Source: Leucoraja erinacea (lineage: Eukaryota). Taken from it: a stretch of DNA of 64,000 nucleotides. The stretch spans positions 6,944,001 to 7,008,000 of the forward strand of contig NC_073395.1 of assembly GCF_028641065.1 (NCBI RefSeq), in the 5' to 3' direction. Under the pieces are notes generated by a model. The model did no database searches. It was given only the letters and a program-made list of their open reading frames with translations, and was not told the DNA's origin. Positions 11,209-25,895 of the stretch are shown piece by piece (the stretch's first letter is position 1; each line of letters opens with the position of its first letter). Both the position numbers and the translations under genes were made by a program.

Positions 11209-14200
11209 TACGTAATGAGAGCCCACAACATTAAAAAAACAAAAAAACACCTGTACTCAGGTTGAGGACAGAATATTAATATTCTTTGTTCAAATATAGC
11301 TTCAAAGAATTCAAAAACCATTATTGCCAGTCAAATTTTATTTTGCGGTGGGGCACTGATTTAAAAAAAAAATCAGAAACATTAAAAGTGCATTTACCAA
11401 AAAACTATAATCAGCTTGTTTATAAATGATTCATTTAAGATACGGCACTTACACCATAAATCAATTAAAACAAAATTAAATTACCCCTCAATCTATGCAT
11501 TTCCTTACATTAAACATGCATTGGATAGAAAAAACTTAAAAAAAAAAAAGTTCACATGCTTTACAACAAAGGCATTGCGACAAGGAGCAACAAGATTGTT
11601 TTAAAAATGACCGAAACATCAATAATTTCAAAACTAAGACAATTCCGTTTTATTAAGCAATACAGCCTAGATTACACAAAGGTTTACAATTTGTAGAAAG
11701 GCAACTTTATACAAACAAAAGAACTCAAGCCAATTGTGCCTAAAAGCCATTTATTGTGTAATCCAGAAACATAATAAAATATTCATCAATTCTGTATGCA
11801 TTTATATAAATGATGATGCAGAAAACAAATAAGGTATCTTTGCAAATTGAGGCATTAATTGCAAAATTAGAATAAAAACAACTTCATGTTCTGTAATATT
11901 GAGATGCTTTCAATAGTGACACATGACCAAAAGTGCCTCCAGCAGGCTTGCACTAGATAAACCCCATCAATTTCTCAGTTATACAGTTCACTTAAACATC
12001 CTTATCACACATTTTCTCCCTATTAAATAACCCTGTTGTATACCTGCCTCTTTTTCCATTCATTACCATGTCCCAAATTGAGCAGCAGAAATCTTCTATT
12101 CAACACAGATTGGAATGTTAACAAGGTAGCAAGTCCCCAAAATATACATTTTAGAGACCGGCATCCAGACTTTGCTTTGCAAATAGGCTAATAAGGTTTC
12201 TTTGAATTATGGATGCTTTCAATGAACTGACAAGTGTGTATTTACACTGGGAACAGATATGTAAGAGTAACCAAATCAGAATAAGCTGTGAAGGAAAGAA
12301 AGAAAATAAAATATGAATCCATTCCTGCATGCAGCTAGAGCCTTTGAACACTCTCCAGCCTTTGAAGCTGAACGCAAAGCAACCATGGTAAAAATAAACT
12401 GGGAACACATTGTACATTTAAGAGCATCAACGTCGATTCATCAGAAAGATTAATAAGAGTCAATAGAATCAAAGACTCAAAACGCTGGAGTTACTCCAGT
12501 AAGTGGGTTAGGCAGCATCTCTGCAGAAACACGGGCCTTTTGGGTCACATCTTTGAAAAATCGCAATTCCGACACTCGACCATGAATCCTGACCCAAAAC
12601 GTTACCGATCCAGGTTCTCCAGAGGTGCTGCCTGACCCTGCTGAGTTACTCCAGCACTTTGTGCCTTTCTTTTGTGAGCCAGCACCTGCACCTCCTTGTA
12701 ATAATTATTAATATTATCAAATGTATTTCGAGTTAACCATATAACCATATAACAATTACAGCACGGAAACAGGCCATCTCGGCCCTACAAGTCCATGCCG
12801 AACAAATTTTTTTTTTTTTTTGGTAAGTTGTGGTAAGAAATAGTTTTAGTTGACAGCTCTTGCAAATTTAAAACATGTCAGGGCCACATCTTTCAGCTAG
12901 TCGGGCACCGAATGAGAAGATCCATCAACGCGCCAGATTTTTTGCGCAATACTAAACGAACCACGTTTTTGAATTGTCCAGATACCCATTAATAGAACGA
13001 AAAGCAGTGGATGCCTTAACCCAGTTGACATGTCAGTCACTCAGAAGTTTGTCACGTAGAGTTTTCTTTATAAGAGTGATGACATTGACTACATTGGGCA
13101 GGAAGGATCCACTACAGTACCATGACTGAAAAAGTCAATACATTCACAGATTAAAAAAAAAAAAATTTTTTTTTAAATTCGTGCAAAACCAGCAGTAAAT
13201 TAACTTCAGAAAAAAAAAATTAAGTCAAGATAATTCAAATCATTATTTTCATATATTCTATCAAATACACCATTTGGATATAAAGACAGGAAATGCTGGA
13301 AATAGCCAGCATACAGCAACTATGGAATGAAAAAAAAAAAATGACCATACCCATACAGGTTGATCTTTCAATGCAACTTTGAAAACTTCCCCCTTTACAG
13401 CTTTTTTTGCAGGAATTGTTATATTGAAAGGATGAAACATTTCCGAAGGGTGTTCATACAGATATAAAGACCCGAAATCCCCAGGTGGTCAATGGCACTG
13501 TCATTATAACATTGGGCACCCCATTGAGTTCAGTGGCACAGCACCAACTTCCTGCATTAGGTTCCAGCACCTATGCTGGGAGGTCAGCTTGCTGAACCTA
13601 CAAATGTCTCAATTTTACTTCTCAACCTGTACCTGGTTACTCCTTGCACACCTCAGCCACTCCATTTACTTTAACAAGTAAAATACTTTCTAGAAAGATG
13701 GTCACATTACAGATTTTTAAAAATCAGTTATTTGTTTTGTTTTTTAAGTTCAATGATTTGTAAATTATTAAGTTTGATATCACTCAAGCTTTATAGATAT
13801 ATTTAGAAATTCAGTTTTGACAACCACCAAGGCAGTCCTTGGCTTAACTGGCCTCCATAGCTGTGGAGGACCTCAATCAGAGCGCAACTTCATGGACCAT
13901 TTACTGGAAACATCCTTGAGAAGGAAGAGAGAAATTATTTAAGAGGGATTAACAAAAGATCAGATGATATTTGGCAGAGGTCTCTCCCAAAGATTGATAA
14001 TTGATTCCCAAGAGGGATGATTCATAACCTGTATCGATCATAGAAACAATGGCATATCTGGTTGAGAATATCAAAGCAAGGTGAATCTAAGTGGGATGAG
14101 CTTGTCTTGTTTTGTTTTCTGTTGACTGGGAGATCCACAGGCATCAGATATGGGGAGGTTTAACTCGTACGGCAGAGTGCAACTTTTAAAACATATCTGT

Positions 14201-14265
14201 GATTGTGAAGTGTGCACTGGCAGCTCATTGTTCAGTTAGCCCAGGCTGAACTGTCTCATGGACAG

Positions 14266-14481
14266 ACAAATGCTGAAGTAACATAGTGGGTCAGGCAGTA
14301 TCTCTGGAAAACGTGGACAGGTGATTATATTGGGTCAGGGTCCTTCCTCAGAGTCTGAAGGAGCCCCAACCGGAATCATCACCAATCCATGTTCTCCAGA
14401 GATGCTACCTGACCCACTGAGTTATTCCTGCACTTTGTGTCTTTTTGTTTTTGCATTAACCAGCATCTGCAGTTACTAATT
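14266..14481. mobile_element. Penelope-derived head-to-head palindromic insertion; 12-bp TSD
   Basis: TCTCATGGACAG at 14254-14265 and 14482-14493; two inverted arms centred on ...CTCAGAGTCTGAAG. Confidence 0.8.
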
Positions 14482-16835
14482 TCTCATGGACAGGCCTGAC
14501 TTACAAGCTCCAGTACTCTAGTTGTACAATTTTAAAACCTATTAATATCTAACCTTTCTAGAACTGTGGCAAGGTCATTAACACAATCCATTTCTCCAGA
14601 TTCTGTTGAACCTATTGCGCAAATCTAACATTTTCTGTTTTAATTTCAGACTTCTAGCAATCACATTATTGATTCTTTGAACTAATGTCTTCAGGCTCAT
14701 TAAGACGCAAACATTGTCCGAAGTAATTCTGTTGCAAAAATCACCCTGGCTGCATTTGTAAATTGTGAAAATTGCCCACTTCAAGGCTGCACACAAGGAT
14801 ATATTACGTTTCTGCAAAACCTTAACATGAAAAGATGTTTAAACAATAATCCAGTGTCAAAATAAATCTTTTACAAACACAACACAAAAATTCTCAATTT
14901 GGTTCAAAATGGTTTATGTTGGAAGATAATTCACTACAACTTGCATTTTGTTTTGCACAGTTATTCACATAAGTAGTCTTGGCAATTCAGAGCAAACTTG
15001 GGAAATTGTACATCACAGGTTACAAGCAGTTTTACTTTAAGCATTCAATTAAGATTGTCATCAGGGAAAGACGGCAAGGTCCTTTATTTAGAAGGCGTCA
15101 GAAAGCACTGTACGTTTCTTCTTAGGCAACACGATATTTTATAAAACCAGTTCACATGCGATAACAAACTTGTAGGGTGTTAACAAACTGGTAAACTGAA
15201 GAAATGGTCACAAATTAGCATAGCAATATTTTTAAAAGCCCCGTGTCTGTAAGATAAACATGTCGGAAATACCATACGAAAAACCAAGCCAGGAATCTCC
15301 AAGATTCTGCAAATGAGTGGAGAATATTGCACAAATAACAGGTAACCTTTCCCAGGCCCGTATAACTTAAAACAAATTTAAAATTTTCCATTGGTAAACC
15401 ACACTTGGGAGAATTATTTTAAAAATAACAGTATGGCAGGATTGCAGTTAATAGTAGCTACCAAAATGAGTGGTTTCAACAAGAGCCACATTTGAGATTC
15501 ATGTAAATGATGCCATAGATGGTTTGTTTATACAGATTCTACAGCTCTGCTGGTGATAACTTCACACACCTCTCTTCAGATAATTGTCAACATATCCATC
15601 AATACACTTCGTCCTCGGGCTTACACAGCTTCTGCTTAAATTGGACTATGCTACTCAATTATTTCTCACTTTGGAGAATCCCACTTGGTACCAACTTTCC
15701 TAGTTAATGATTTCTAGTTGTAGACTCATTAGTTGGTAACATGTTCTCTACACGTGCCCAATACATTACATCACTACAGCGAGGTATCCTCCGTTCCTAC
15801 CTCTCACCTTCTGACCCATTCATATTAAGTTTGTTCACACAACTTTGATATTGTCCATGTGCATTTTTTTGCCACATCTCCAGTCTCCCATAACATGGAT
15901 TTCCACTAGCCAATTTGGCCTGTGGGAACTCTTGGCATAGCTCGACAAATGACTCTTCAGACCCAGATAGAAAGGGATGACAGAGGACCAAATAATGTCA
16001 AATGAGCATTGCACATGGGTTAATATTATTGGGTGTCCCGACTAGTACTCACGCTTCAAATATGTAACGTTTACCTGGTTTATTATCTAATCAATAAAAG
16101 ATTTATAAAAAGAGTTTGTCAGCTTTCTAATTATTTTGAAGATCACTAAAACATTTAAAATACTTCGTTTAAAAATCACACTATGACCACGACAGAGCTC
16201 AAAAGCTTGATTTGTCCTCGGAATGCTTTAAAGTGGTGCCTATTTTCAGTGTCTTGAAGGATTCCCCGATCAGTACAAGCTATCCAAAGTGCAGCTCAGC
16301 ATTGATATTTAAGATTTAAGAACTAAAGCTGATCGTATCTGTTATATTTGCATGTCCAAACATGATTCAATTTAAATTTTGATAAATCAGCATCTAAAAT
16401 GGTCCCATTTCTCTTCAATAACTGCCCACCACAGAATTTCAAGACCCACTCATTCCAAAACATAGACAGTATGAATCGAAATGCTCTCGAAAAGATCTTC
16501 AAATAAAATAAGATGAGCGTTACAGGGCACAGATTGATGCAAAAATGAAAATCTGTTAATGATGTCAAGTTGGCTAATTTTATATATTGCATTTAATTGG
16601 ATCAGGTAACTCAACTGTGGAGATTGGTTTATGAAATCCAGTTATCTTCCAGAGTGTTTCTTTAATAGAAAAGCATGGCATATAAACATTGACTGGCTGA
16701 AAAGGACAAATTTAGCTTACCACGCCAATTTGAGATACATTCATACATGATCTGACAATTTCCTTCTTGAAGCGAATTAAATTTATCAGATAATGTATAA
16801 GAATCAAGCCCAACAAATCAACAGATTCAATGGTT

Positions 16836-16841
16836 TTTATT
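16836..16841 (-). terminator. Probable NUP50 polyadenylation signal (AATAAA)
   Basis: Minus strand reads TTGTAATAAAAACC (UGUA overlapping AAUAAA) ~850 nt after the stop, followed by a GU/U-rich tract TCTGTTGATTTGTTGGGCTTGATT. Confidence 0.6.
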
Positions 16842-17689
16842 ACAATTTTATGACAGGAAATGAAAATCATGTGGCTAACAAGTTGTTAAAATGGATAGCT
16901 ACAAGAGTTGGGGGGGGGGGGGGGGGGGGGGGGGAGAGGAATGGAAAAAAATTGGACATCTGTCTATTCGCCAGTTATTTATCAATTGTCTTAAATTGTC
17001 CTTGCAAAAATTTTTTAATTCACTAATCGCTATTTGGTTTTACTATAGTGTTGGGTTTTTTTTTTAAACCCCTATCCCAGTCACTTCAGTTTTCAAGCTT
17101 TACAGGGCTTATCATTTTATCTTACTCTAATGTCAGATGTGAATCTCATGCATTTTCTCACTGGTGAACATGGAAACAACAGTGTTTTGGAAATGGAGTG
17201 GAGGCAAAAGAGAATTTCTACAACAGTTCCGAGCTTTAAATCATTACTCTCACTGCTTGGAAGACACCTACACGAGGAACCTGAAGAAAGTGGAGTAAAA
17301 AGTTTGAATGCAAGCGGATGTCAGGATAGAAATTTCCAATCCCCAAGGTTAGCACACAGATTCATCCATGACATGGGTTGCCGTGTTATTAAATGTTGGA
17401 CCCATTTATCAAACTTGCGATCTAATGATTTATCTATGCTGCAAAAAATCAGGTCAGGCCACAACTGTGCACAGGAAATAACTTCAGCACACATAAGAGA
17501 GACAATGCCCTTGCAAAGAGACAATGCAGAGGGATGCCCCATATGAAAATGAAAGCACTTGAGTGCAATCTGCCTAACCATTATTTTCCTCTCAGTAACA
17601 ATTTTTCAAAAAAAAAAATTGAGAATTAAAGACCCCAGCAGCAACTTGGCAAGATTTCTTTATACCATCAAATAGAACACCAACCGCAC

Positions 17690-17895
17690 TTAAAGGGCAG
17701 CCTTTTTCTCTGTAATGATTTTGTGAAGCTCATCTGCATCCTGAGTAGTTTTCACACGGATCAAAATTGGCAAAGCTGTGTCAGGACTTTTCTCATCGAT
17801 GGGAGGGTTGGGAACACAGACGATTAGGATGTTGTTTTTTCCTGTTCTTGTACAAGGCAGTGATGGGTGAAGCAAAATATTCAGTAAAACATTTC
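17690..17895 (-). CDS. NUP50: NUP50 last coding exon: NVLLNILLHPSLPCTRTGKNNILIVCVPNPPIDEK...ELHKIITEKKAAL*
   Basis: Acceptor tttttcttgaccag; 206 nt to TAA at 17692-17690; matches the Nup50 C-terminus. Confidence 0.96.
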
Positions 17896-19418
17896 CTGGT
17901 CAAGAAAAACAAAAGTTGGAAGATTTCAAACTCTGGCCATTTGCTATAACCTTATTCCACTGACTAATGAAACCTGATTTTCCTGTTGCATCCATTACTG
18001 AAGATAAATCAGATTCTCCTTCTATTGTTTTATTTAATGCCTTTGTTTTAATGACATTAACTGTTGGAAATGGTTTTTCAGTTTGTATTCCTAAAACCAC
18101 TCCACGATGCATTTTACCAATCCCAAACTCAGGAAAAATCTTCCAGCTAAAACAAAACTTTAGATTTGTAAATAGTCATGGTTTCTATAGTGTTATTCCC
18201 TTAAACAATTCTTATTTTCTACTGGGCAACACATTCCATTGTCAATTTTCAGTAAGTAAATCTGTATGTTAATAATAGAATAAATAAAACAACACAGAGG
18301 CCCTTCGGCCTAACGTATCTCCAATGGCTTTTCCAGAAAGCAAAGCACCAAGTGGTAGAGAACTGAATATGTCTATTGTTGATGAAACATTACATTTCCT
18401 CTTTCCCTCACCTCAAATTAAGGTGACATAATTTTGCAGGCTTTCAAGTATTGTACCAAAGTAGCCTTTGATCAATCATGTACAGTACAGTACAGTAAAT
18501 TCTAGCAGACTGTTCAAATGTCAGCAGCACTCCCTTTAGACTGCAGTAAAGAACCTGATATTCAACTGCAAGGTACAACAGTTAGCTTAACCATCTGGGG
18601 ATGTAAAATGGATCGTATCTGCAGGCACCCAATGTCAAAATCTCCAGAGAAAGGTGGATTCCAAAATGATTCTCATTCCAATGTCTGCTTTTGTAATGTG
18701 GTTGCATCAAGCTGTGCGTAGATCCTTAACACACAAACACAAGTGGCATTGCATGCAAAAAAATTAACTCCTCCCAGGGTTGCAAAGAATGAACTGGCCA
18801 GGCAGCTGTAGAGCAATCCATTTAGTGGACCGTGCTGTACTATTTTCATTACAAGTCAGTCAGAGGTTTGAACAGAGAGGCCAAGGTCCTACGGAAAAGG
18901 TATTGGTGGATTCATTTGGACGGTTCTCTGAGCAGACTGCCCAATGCCATTTATTACAAAATATCACCAGAATTTTCAATCAAATACCAAGATGTTCCTT
19001 AGCTGGTACTGGACCCTCCCAGTAAAATCCTCATGCACAGCCAGTGTCAACCCCATTGCATGCTACCCTCCAGGTAGCCCAATGAGGACGTTACCATCAC
19101 CAATCTTCTTCTGGAGTGTGTGTTTACCAAATAGATCTGAGAAGGGCTGCAGTGGTCTACACCAAGGATTTTTTTCTGACCAGCTGCATTACACATAGTG
19201 TGTGCTAACTGAACTGTTTCGATGGGACACACTTGGAGCCAAACATCAAAGTGCTGCTGGTTTATTGCCCACTTAAGGGATGCTCATGGGATTTCATCAC
19301 TAGCACTGGTATTCGTCCTTGAGGTAGTAATGCCATGTTGCAACCTCGAACTGCTACAGTTTGTTAAAGACATTGCAATATTGTTGTTGGGAATTTAACT
19401 CCAGGATTTAGACCCAGC

Positions 19419-19714
19419 GGGCAGCAATGTGGTGCAGCGATAGAGTTGCTGCCTGACAGCGCCAGAGACCCGGGTTCGTTCCTGACTATGGGTGCTGTGT
19501 GTACAGAGTTTGTACGTTCTCCCCGTGACCTGCGTGGGTTCCCCCAGGTACTCCGGTTTCCCCCACCCTCCAAAGACATTCAAGTTTGTAGGCTAATTGG
19601 CTTGGTAAAATTGTAAATTGTCCCTAGGATAGTGTTAATGTGCTGGGATCGCTGGCCAGCGCGGACTCAGTGGGCCAAAGGGCCTTTTTATGTGTTGTAT
19701 CTGTGAAACTAAAC
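19419..19714 (+). mobile_element. HE1/V-SINE-like SINE, near full length
   Basis: A-box TGGTGCAGCGATAG, B-box GGTTCGTTCC, V-domain, AAACTAAA tail. Confidence 0.88.
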
Positions 19715-20282
19715 AGTGAACGGTCTGTGACATATCTTCCAAGTTATGTGATTTTGGAAGTTCGTAGCAATGCTGTTTCCAAATACTTGCTACCTTTGGT
19801 CTTTTAAATAGAACAAAAAAAATTGAGCTTGGGAAATACTGTCAAAGGTTGCTGCAGAATATCTTGCAAGTAATAAAACTCGCGGAAGAAATACTTTAAT
19901 AAAAAAAAAAACATGGTGCCTCTCACGAGCTTATTTACTCTGATGCTCTGGATCTTTAGTGTTGTTGGAACTGCACTTGTCCAAGTGCAGAGGACTGCTG
20001 TGTTAATGAATCAGCAAACCGTTAATGTATACAATGACAGTATTTATATGCCAGGGCAAGTAAAAACAGGTCAGTGGTGTTCCTCAAGATGTTGATTCTG
20101 GTAAGTCCACGGTGGCAAAGCCTTTGAAAGGAGATGGTTAATTATAGACTTGGGTGGCAGTTGATTATTTAATTAAACATGCACAACCTTTCATTAATGG
20201 AGCTGCTGACTAAATTCTGTATAAAGCGTTAATTCTACATAATTAATTTGTTGATGCTAGTCATCGATGTGAATTAACTCAC

Positions 20283-20401
20283 CTAGATTTGTATCTGCTC
20301 GTACCAACAACTGAATCTTTTGATCTGCCACAGGTTTTAAATGGATTGTACCAACTCCTTTATCTTTGAAATCCCCATCTTTCTTGTAGAACATTTTACA
20401 C
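20283..20401 (-). CDS. NUP50: NUP50 coding exon 6: [39 protein letters not shown](G)
   Basis: Acceptor ttttttgcag, donor TAG|GTGAGT, 119 nt phase 2-1; RanBD/PH-like fold motif [10 protein letters not shown]. Confidence 0.96.
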
Positions 20402-21434
20402 CTGCAAAAAAACCCAACAAAATTTAAGCTTAATCGCACAATCCTACAAAATCTCCTCAACCTGAGTTTGTCTTATCCGTGGCCATTTAAGACTGAAATT
20501 CCATATTTACCGATATGCAAGAACCTTTCCTCATGTAAGAGTTGTCTTTTAATCTCTTTTGAGTCATATCATGTTTCAGGATATATGTATTGCTAGTAAG
20601 ATCTGTATTCATTCTGACATCCCAGGTCTCACCAAGGTATGGTGGGCCCATTTTTTTTTTTTGAACTGTTGGTGGTGTCTCATAACGACGAATAGGTCAA
20701 ATCAAAGAATGCTTCTGTGCTCAAAAGATGGGCTTGGGATCCAGAAGAATGCGTTTTAAAAATGAATAGTAAATTCAAAAGTGCTCTTTTGGCTTCAAAG
20801 CATTTAGCATGGTAAAAAACATCGTACAAATGGATGATTTTTTAACTTCACAATGTGAAGGAAAAAATGGCAAAATAGAAGAAATGCGAATATTTTTTTT
20901 TTAAATTGAAAATTGAGCTGGAATGCCGACGTGATGAATCATTCTTCCACCACTACCCCTTGCCCCATATCCCCCAGACAATTTTGGATCCCATGTGGCT
21001 TCACCAGCTTACATGCAGAGAAGGAAATTGGACTGCAATGCAAATGCTGAAATTATGGAGCACAAGCTCCATTAAGCATATTTTATTTTGTAATTAAGTT
21101 AGTTTAGCCAAAGGAACATTAATTGAGAACATTTGACAAAACATATCCAAGGACCCAGTAAGAGACCACCGGAATATTTTGGAGCTTCACTGTTAAAGGT
21201 CTGAATTACCTATTCTAAACCCGAAAGACCGATCACAACCCAATTAGTGATTGAGGAAATTTCAGTGTTTCCAACTAAGTGTAAAAATATCCCACGTGAA
21301 GAGAAAATGAACACTTCAAAAACACAATCCTCTTTATTGAAGAATTTTGGAGAGAACCTGAAGACAACAGATGTACTGCACGTGGATTAGCAGAACTGAT
21401 AAAATTCCAATACAGATTATCACAGAATATCAAC

Positions 21435-21643
21435 ACAAAATGCTGGAGTAACTCAGCGGGACAGGCAGCATCTCTGCAGAGAAGAAATGGGTGACGTTTC
21501 GAGTTGAGACCCTTCTTCAGACTTCTTCGGTCGGAAGGTCTCGACCCGAAACGCCACCAGTTCCTTCTCTCCAGAGAATCTGCTTGTCCCGCTGAGATTT
21601 TGTGTCTTTCTTCGGTTTAAACCAGCACCTGCACTTCCTACAC
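21435..21643. mobile_element. Penelope-derived palindromic insertion in a NUP50 intron; 16-bp TSD (1 mismatch)
   Basis: ATCACAGAA(T/G)ATCAAC at 21419-21434 and 21644-21659; hammerhead-like core on the minus strand at 21493-21520. Confidence 0.82.
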
Positions 21644-22921
21644 ATCACAGAAGATCAACCAGCGGGATAAGATAAATGCTTTTTAAAAACTGGGTAATTG
21701 GTGACCAATATTACTCAGCTGGAAGGTTTCTTCTTTTCACGGTATAAAGCCTTAAGAAAGTGGTAGCATCATCTATAAATTATAAACTTTTCTAAAGACT
21801 AAAAGAGAGTGCAAGAGATATTTATAAATTAAGAATAAGTGATAATTGGTGTTCCACAGCTGTAAGTGCGTGGTGATGAATTCTGTTTTTAAAATAGCAG
21901 TAAAGATTCAAATAGGAATAGAATTGTCACTATGGATGTGTAAAGAAATTTGGGAATGCAACATGGGTTTGACTGAAACAGAACGTGTGAGAACTCAGCA
22001 GGTCAGGTAGAATCAATGGAAAAAGATAGAGTTAATGTTTTAGCTCATGAGTTTGATAAGGCAAAAGTAAAAGTTAGAGGCAGCACAATGGCATACGGTT
22101 AGTGCTGCTGCCTCACAGCTCCAGCAACAGTTTTGATCCTGATCTCCAAAGCAGGCAGTGTATGTTCTCTACATAAATCTGGGTTTCTTCCCACATCCCA
22201 AAGATGAGCTAGTAGGTGAATTGGCCATTATTAAATACCCTGGTGTAGGACAGTGGCAAAAGAATCAAATGAGGGGTTGATGGGTAAGTGACACTGAGCA
22301 GGTTGCAGGAACATGAGGGATGCATGGATGAGATGGGTCAAATTACATTAATTTGTATTGTATTCCTAAGCTTTGCTTTAACAAGGTATAGAATGTAGAC
22401 CGCAACAAGGGAATATGCCTTTGCAAAAATGCAAGGCTTTAAAATACGCTGTTCTGACCTTAAAACTGTGCAAGATATAAACTAATACTATGAGGGCAGA
22501 TAGAAGCTGACTGTGCAGTGCTTGAACGGTCCAGATACAAAGGTTTACAAGAGAGACCTGGATGCACCCTTCCATACAGAGAATTGTATGGAAGTAGAAT
22601 TTATTTGAACAATTAGTAACGTTAGGTAGATAAAACAAAGAATTTAAACTGAAACAGGATTTGGGATAAATGCTTGCACGCAGGACTAATACAGACATTG
22701 ACATCTATGCATTTCTAGTCATTGGAAGAAAATGCAAGTAGCAATATCTAAGCGTGCAAGAAAGGAACGCAGGAGTATTTAAAATGGTTTCCCACTATGG
22801 ACGCAGTGTCAGTTTAAAACATACTGAAGCTCCAAAATTACCAAGAGCACAGATCTTAATTGTTTTTGTGAATGGTGGCTATTTGATTAAAACATATTTA
22901 AATCTGCATAACATTACATAC

Positions 22922-23003
22922 TTCTTTGAAAAGATTGCATCTTCTTCCTTGATTTCATTCACAACAGGTTCAGGAGGCTCTTCACTATCTTCTTCATTTT
23001 CAT
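22922..23003 (-). CDS. NUP50: NUP50 coding exon 5: (D)ENEEDSEEPPEPVVNEIKEEDAIFSK(K)
   Basis: Acceptor caatttgtag, donor GAA|GTATGT, 82 nt phase 1-2; acidic linker into the Ran-binding domain. Confidence 0.94.
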
Positions 23004-24084
23004 CTACAAATTGAAATAAGCAACAAGGTTTTAAAAAACGATGCAAAAAAACCCCAAAAAACTAAGTTGATAAGTATGAATAAGATGGACCAAATAACTC
23101 TGCTGCAAGCAGCTCGTAAATTTAAAATACATGTGAAATTAAGATGTCATCCTGTATTGTTGTAGTTCTATTTTCCATTGCTATATTATATCTCGCACTC
23201 CACAAGTTATCATCCACAAATTTTGAAATTGTGATATGATTTCAAATGTCCTACACAGATACGAGCAAAACACTTCCTAATTTTCAGCAATTTTAGCAAC
23301 GACCTTTACTCCACCTGGTTTAAAGCCAGTTTCTATAATTTCAATATGTACCTAGTTTAATCACTGTTCTAATTATGCATAATATTATGTTCAATTGAAA
23401 TAGCAAATTAACAAAGCAAATTTCAAAGCTCGCAGTTAAATAATCTGTGAACTATGTGTTTATCAAGCAATAAACTGATCAATACCAGAATATTCAAAAA
23501 AATTGTAGCAATTTTAATTTTATATTAGGACTATAATTTCCAGTCTTTAGTACAGATTGGCCCTCGCTTTTCTGTACCTGATTAATCCAAACCCTAGAAT
23601 GCAGTTTTTCCCACAAATTATGTACATGGATATGTATTGTACTGTTTAATACCAAAAAAGACTGAACCCTGGATATGACGCTCAAAATCTTCGGTTCTAC
23701 ATTTTCTTATCAAATTCTTTAGGTCCATATCTGAATTGTAAAACATAGGGAATCCCATTTTTTGAAAATGATCAAACTTGGCCACCAAAATGTGCGAACA
23801 CAAGACTCATGAAAAGAGACAAATGCTTTTAAGAACTCTCAATTATGTTTGTACTACAATCTCTTCAAAGATGTGGCAAAGATACGAGTTTGCCAGAGTC
23901 AGTACATCTCCCACCAACAGGATGAAATGTCCTTTCAAAAATGTGTAAACCAGTGGGAACCAGTCCATCTTAACAGTACGATCATGAAAACACTACACAA
24001 ATCCTAACCTTCCTCACCTTGCTTTAAAACCCTTTTCAATAAACAAGTATTCCTGAGGACGTGACGGCAGGAAGTCTAATATTG

Positions 24085-24298
24085 GACTGTGGAATTCTCT
24101 GCCTCAGAGGGCGGTGGAGGCCGGTTCTCTGGATACTTTCAAGAGAGAGCTAGATAGGGCTCTTAAAGATAGCGGAGTCAGGGAATACGGGGAGAAGGCA
24201 GGAACGGGGTACTGATTGGGGATGATCAACCATGAGCACATTGAATGGCGGCGCTGGCTTGAAGGTCCGAATGGCCTACTCCTGCACCTATTGTCTAT
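24085..24298 (+). mobile_element. CR1 3' fragment, (CTATTGT)n-tailed subfamily
   Basis: CTGTGGAATTCTCTGCCTCAGAGGGCGGTGGAGG...GCACCTATTGTCTATT; matches 48170-48375. Confidence 0.85.
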
Positions 24299-25895
24299 TA
24301 TCCATTTTCATTCCACCACAAAAGAGGGATGATGGGCAGATGTGAAAAGTGTGAGGGGAGGACAAAGGAGATGGAGTGGGAGGGGTGTGTGGGTGATGGA
24401 CAGATGGAATGGAAGGAGACTGGATTATACGGGGCTGGAAATAGGGTCGTCTATGAGAGGACGGGAAGAATAAGAGAGGTGGAGGCAAAGAGGGAAGCAG
24501 GAATTTTAAAATCATAATTGCCATGAAACTGCAAGGTTAAACAGAACAGCTGAAGGAGACTTGATTTAAATCCCTATTTGAGAGATTGCCAAATTCTAAG
24601 CAGTTTCAAAGAGATAAATCTAGTCTAACAAGTAAAAGCTACAAAATATTAAACTGTTTCTTTATCGGATGTTCTGTAATCTGCTATTTACGCTCTTTGG
24701 TTTCTTTTGACTCAAAATCTTCTTTTCTGATGGGTACATACAAAAGTGGATTTAAGCCAAAATGTCAAAAAATCTGAACAGGAAAGTTGAGCAAGGAAGG
24801 AAGAGTATCGGGAAGAGTCGTATGTTTTTGGATGAATGCCACTGGATCCATTTCTACTACTTCACAATGCAAATAGATCCTTCCAATAAAATACATTAGT
24901 TTAATTATTCTCCCTCACTCAAGCTGTAAATGTGTTAATATCTAGACACAGGTGCTGAAAATAATGTAAAAGAGTTGACCTTGAAATAAGGAAAGAACGT
25001 GAAGGTCTAAAGAACTATAATTTCAAAAGTTAGCTTGAACTTACCAGAATCAAGCTTTCATCCATACATTCATTTTTACTACATTTTAAAGATCAGAGAA
25101 ATTACATAAAGAACTTTTCAACTGAAAAACTGCCTGTTTCATCAGCTACGGAGAAAACCATTCACAAAAATAACTGCAAACAGGATAATATTGCCCCTAT
25201 GGATTGTCAAGTGACTGAGAACACTCATTAGAATGTCAATCCCAGCTAAGTATGACAGTGGGAAAGCAGAATGGAGTCCTGAATGAGGGGCAAGTGGAGA
25301 TGCGTCAAAATGTATGTGTACGGGAGACTAGTTACATTAACTGTACAAAATGCATCATGACTTGCCTTGCACCAAGCTTTTAATACGGTTAAAGGCTAAT
25401 TGCGGAGTTTAAAGCTTTAAACAATGTGTAAGGTGTACGTGATTGCAGGTCATTAATTGAGGAACTGCTACGATCCAAAATGGAATCTCCAGCTAAATGC
25501 AAAGGCCTATCAATTGGGTAGGAATCCACACCAACATATTTTTTTCCATCACAACTTAATTCAGTTAAACTACATTCTTGCCTGGGCGTATGGATATTCA
25601 AAAAGGAACCACCGTATCTGGCAAACTAAAAATATTAAAGACACAATCAAACTTAATGTAAACGCATATAATTGTGATATAATTGCGCAAAGATGTTTGA
25701 CAGTCTCCAAGATCAGACAGAACATATGACAGTAAGAGTAAGTAAAGGTTAAACCAGGAATGAAAAATTTGTATGAGAACGAGAAAATTAAAAACACTTA
25801 AGTTTCAGCAGATATTTAACAAAGTGAGTCCGAGGAGGTAACAATGGAAAATAAGGAAATGGCAGATAAAATATTTTTCAATAGTTTTCACTGCA

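Noticed and set aside
17130-17581. 138-aa plus-strand and 86-aa minus-strand ORFs in the NUP50 3' UTR
   Set aside because: No recognisable motifs; lengths compatible with chance.
19419-19490. tRNA genes at SINE heads (also 624, 3823, 48380, 50556)
   Set aside because: A/B boxes continue into the SINE body and LINE-like tail; no complete cloverleaf.
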